Both the position numbers and the translations under genes were made by a program. The notes beneath the pieces were generated by a model, which saw nothing but the letters and a program-made list of their open reading frames with translations, did no database searches and was not told the origin of the DNA. Shown in pieces: positions 61,619 to 64,000 of a stretch of 64,000 nucleotides of DNA. Source of the DNA: Actinomycetota bacterium (GTDB lineage: Bacteria; Actinomycetota; UBA4738; HRBIN12); NCBI GenBank assembly GCA_040880745.1, contig JBBDHX010000010.1, positions 93,040-157,039 on the forward strand. Reading direction: 5' to 3'. Each line of letters starts with the position of its first letter. The stretch's first letter is position 1.

Positions 61619-62137
61619 GTGATGCAGGCAGAGGGCGAGGTCGTGCGGCTCCACGAGCGGGCGGACGTTCCCAGGGACTTCCGCACCTTCTTCGAGGACG
61701 AACAGACGCGTCTGTTGAAGACGCTGTACTTCGTCACCGGGGACCGCGCCGAGGCCGCCGACCTGATGCAGGAGGCGTTCCTGAAACTCTGGGAGCGCTG
61801 GGACCGGATCGACGCGATCGATGACCCGAGGGCGTACCTGTTCCGGGTCGCGCTGAACGGCTCGAGGATGCGAGCGCGCGCCGCTCGTCGGGCCGCACGG
61901 CGAACGGTTCCGCTCGGCATCGTGCGCGATCCGTACGACGATGTCGACATCCGCGAAGACGTTCGCCGGATGCTCCTGCGGCTCACCCATCGGCAACGAG
62001 CCGCCCTCCTCCTGCTCGACCTCTACGGCTACACCTCCGAAGAGGCAGGGCGGATCCTCGGGGTCCGGCCTTCGACGGTGAGATCCCTCGCCACACAGGG
62101 ACGGACTGCGCTCCGCGCCTCGGGAGGTCCGCGATGA
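61619..62137 (+). CDS. ECF (sigma-70 group IV) RNA polymerase sigma factor
   Basis: Region 2 is DLMQEAFLKLWERWDRIDAIDDPRAYLFRVALN. Region 4 is LTHRQRAALLLLDLYGYTSEEAGRILGVRPSTVRSLATQGR. Confidence 0.88.
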   Translation: MMQAEGEVVRLHERADVPRDFRTFFEDEQTRLLKTLYFVTGDRAEAADLMQEAFLKLWERWDRIDAIDDPRAYLFRVALNGSRMRARAARRAARRTVPLGIVRDPYDDVDIREDVRRMLLRLTHRQRAALLLLDLYGYTSEEAGRILGVRPSTVRSLATQGRTALRASGGPR

Positions 62138-63159
62138 ACGAACTCAAGGAGATCTTCGACATGGTCACCAAGCAGACGGAACCGGATCTGGATTCGTGGA
62201 AGGATCAGGAAGACAGACAGCGCCGGTCGGCGCGAACGAAGAGGATCGGCGCGTACACCGTGGCGGCGGTTTTCGTCGTGCTCGCCGCGATCGCCGTCGT
62301 GACGCAGCGAGATGGCGACGGTGGGACGGGACCGGCCGACGAGCCTGTCTCACCGAGCCCTGTGCCTACCGTCGTCACGCACTCGTACCTGGACATCGCC
62401 ACCGGCACACGAACGCCGGTGGCCGCCGACCTGACCGATGCCCGGTTGGCCGAGGTCTCACCGGACGGCACCTCTGTCGTCTACAGCACGTGCTGCTCGG
62501 GGGCCGACTTCATCTACGTCGCGGACCTGGCGGGCGCGGAGCGGACGCAGATCGATACCGGAGCGCCGAACGGCTACGCCCCCACTTGGATCGACGACGA
62601 CACGATCCTGGTCCAGGCGCGCGATGCGGACACCCGACGGATCGGCGACCTCTACGGCGTCGACGTGAGGACAGGCGACGAAGAGTTGATCGTCGACCTT
62701 CCGGACCTTCGGACCGGCGCGTGGGTCGTGACCTCCGACGTGAGCCCCGACGGCACGACCGTGCTGTACCACCTCCCTCGCGGCCAGGGCGCCGACGCCA
62801 CGTGGGACCTGTGGACGGCGCCGATCGCGGGTGGTGAGGCAACCCTCCTGCGGAAGGACGCGGGGTTCGCGGCGTACGCACCGGACGGGTCCATCGTGTT
62901 CCTCGATCACCCGGTCCCGTTCGAATCCGACGCGATCTGGATCATGGACGGGGACGGCGGCGACGCACGGTCGCTCGTGAAGGGCGGCGTCTACACCTGG
63001 CCCCGGGTCTCCCCCGACGGCGCGATGGTCGCCTACGGCCACGACGGGAAGGCCGAGATCGTCGACATCGCGACCGGCGAGGTCACCGGGCTCGACGCGT
63101 TCAGCGAAGAGTTCCGGCTCGCTTGGTACAGCAACGACACCCTGATCGTCGACATGTGA
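62134..63159 (+). CDS. Single-pass membrane protein with an extracytoplasmic TolB/PD40-like beta-propeller; candidate anti-sigma or sensor partner
   Basis: There is an ATGA overlap with the sigma gene. The TM segment is IGAYTVAAVFVVLAAIAVV. The propeller region shows repeated SPDG(T/A)xV...Y motifs (VSPDGTSVVY, VSPDGTTVLY, APDGSIVF, VSPDGAMVAY). Confidence 0.7.
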   Translation: MNELKEIFDMVTKQTEPDLDSWKDQEDRQRRSARTKRIGAYTVAAVFVVLAAIAVVTQRDGDGGTGPADEPVSPSPVPTVVTHSYLDIATGTRTPVAADLTDARLAEVSPDGTSVVYSTCCSGADFIYVADLAGAERTQIDTGAPNGYAPTWIDDDTILVQARDADTRRIGDLYGVDVRTGDEELIVDLPDLRTGAWVVTSDVSPDGTTVLYHLPRGQGADATWDLWTAPIAGGEATLLRKDAGFAAYAPDGSIVFLDHPVPFESDAIWIMDGDGGDARSLVKGGVYTWPRVSPDGAMVAYGHDGKAEIVDIATGEVTGLDAFSEEFRLAWYSNDTLIVDM

Positions 63160-63217
63160 TGGGGCATCCCCGCGGCTGCGACGTGACCTGACGCGGCAAG
63201 GAGCCTGGATGCACGAG

Positions 63218-63238
63218 GGCCCGGGCATCGCCCGGGCC
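63218..63238. terminator. Perfect hairpin GGCCCGGGC-ATC-GCCCGGGCC between convergent genes
   Basis: A 9-bp GC stem followed by TTCGGCCTT on the plus strand. It lies between the stop of 62134..63159 and the clpC stop. Confidence 0.45.
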
Positions 63239-63270
63239 TTCGGCCTTGCGGTCCGGCTCACGCCGGACGC

Positions 63271-64000
63271 TTATTCGGGCGATCCCGCGAGTTCGACGGG
63301 CGGGACGTCCGGCGGGACGAGCCCTCCCGTGGAGGTGAAGACGATCTCGCCGTCCACCGCGTCCACGATGACCGCCTCGCCGGCACGGTACTCCTTGTGC
63401 AGCAGCTTCTCGGCGAGCGCATCCTCGACCAGGCGCTGGATGGTCCGCCGCAGCGGCCGTGCGCCGAGGGCCTGATCCCAGCCCTGCTCGGCCAGGAGCG
63501 TCTTGGCGGCGTCGGTCAGCTCTATATCGATGTCCTTGACCTGCAGTTGCTCCTCGATCCGCTTCATCATCATGTCGACGATGAGCTTCACGTCCTCGGT
63601 CTTGAGCGAGTGGAAGACGATGACCTCGTCGATGCGGTTCAGGAACTCCGGGCGGAAGCTCTTCTTCAGCTCGTCGTTCACCGCTTCCTTCATCTTCTCG
63701 TACGTCACCGCGTCATCGCGTGCCGCCGTGAATCCGATCCCGATGCCCTTGGCGATGTCACGCGTCCCCAGGTTCGAGGTCATGATGATGATGGTGTTCT
63801 TGAAGTCCACCGCGCGGCCCTGGGCGTCGGTGAGGCGACCGTCTTCGAGGATCTGCAGCAGGGTGTTGAACACGTCGGGGTGCGCCTTCTCGATCTCGTC
63901 GAACAGGATCACCGAGAACGGCTTGCGCCGGACCGCCTCGGTCAGCTGGCCGCCCTCTTCGTAGCCGACGTAGCCGGGGGGTGAGCCGATCAACCGGCTG
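63271..64000 (-). CDS. clpC: ATP-dependent Clp protease ATP-binding subunit ClpC (C-terminal part; the N-terminus lies beyond the window end)
   Basis: Motifs seen: [54 protein letters not shown], the sensor-2 region, and the C-terminal D2-small domain. Confidence 0.95.
   Translation of the reverse strand, partial: SRLIGSPPGYVGYEEGGQLTEAVRRKPFSVILFDEIEKAHPDVFNTLLQILEDGRLTDAQGRAVDFKNTIIIMTSNLGTRDIAKGIGIGFTAARDDAVTYEKMKEAVNDELKKSFRPEFLNRIDEVIVFHSLKTEDVKLIVDMMMKRIEEQLQVKDIDIELTDAAKTLLAEQGWDQALGARPLRRTIQRLVEDALAEKLLHKEYRAGEAVIVDAVDGEIVFTSTGGLVPPDVPPVELAGSPE

Overview
This is a very GC-rich (about 70% by eye), gene-dense chromosomal segment. Its core synteny looks like Actinomycetota: clpC ... radA-carD-PIN/TRAM(yacL-like)-ispD-ispF-rlmB, a stand-alone groEL with a CIRCE operator, and a LytR_C/DUF3263 pair.

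I can support about 60 protein-coding genes, one tRNA-Thr(UGU), one CIRCE element, a few candidate operators and terminator hairpins, and one decayed MFS gene remnant. I see no transposase, integrase, CRISPR array, rRNA or obvious defence island, so this reads as mostly ordinary core genome.

The ORF track uses the longest ATG/GTG/TTG start, so many listed ORFs are over-extended. I re-set starts where a Shine-Dalgarno motif or an ATGA/GTGA stop-start overlap with the upstream gene was visible. The long Arg/Pro/His/Gly-rich ORFs lying opposite well-supported genes are shadow ORFs typical of high-GC DNA.

Content highlights:
- MMPL/TetR pair
- tdh and kbl, separated by an opposite-strand ORF
- two inverted PAS-GGDEF-EAL paralogs flanking a DEAD-box helicase, a class-II-like phosphoribulokinase and a transketolase
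- lysine 2,3-aminomutase
- one co-directional string of flavodoxin-like, MogA-XdhC fusion, SAM methyltransferase, sulfatase and phosphoesterase genes, next to moaA
- an S9 peptidase translationally coupled to a PrmC-related methyltransferase, opposite a GroES-like gene
- an M20 / ATP-grasp / C45 / membrane protein / YjbQ string
- acs
- a DsrE-TusA-SQR-TusA-DsrE2 sulfur-relay operon

The best candidates for something poorly described are the M20/ATP-grasp/C45 module (29.1-34.2 kb) and the symmetric persulfide-carrier operon around SQR (49.5-52.1 kb). Both are hypotheses built from domain recognition and gene packing only. All family assignments are from reading the translations and recalling motifs, with no database search.
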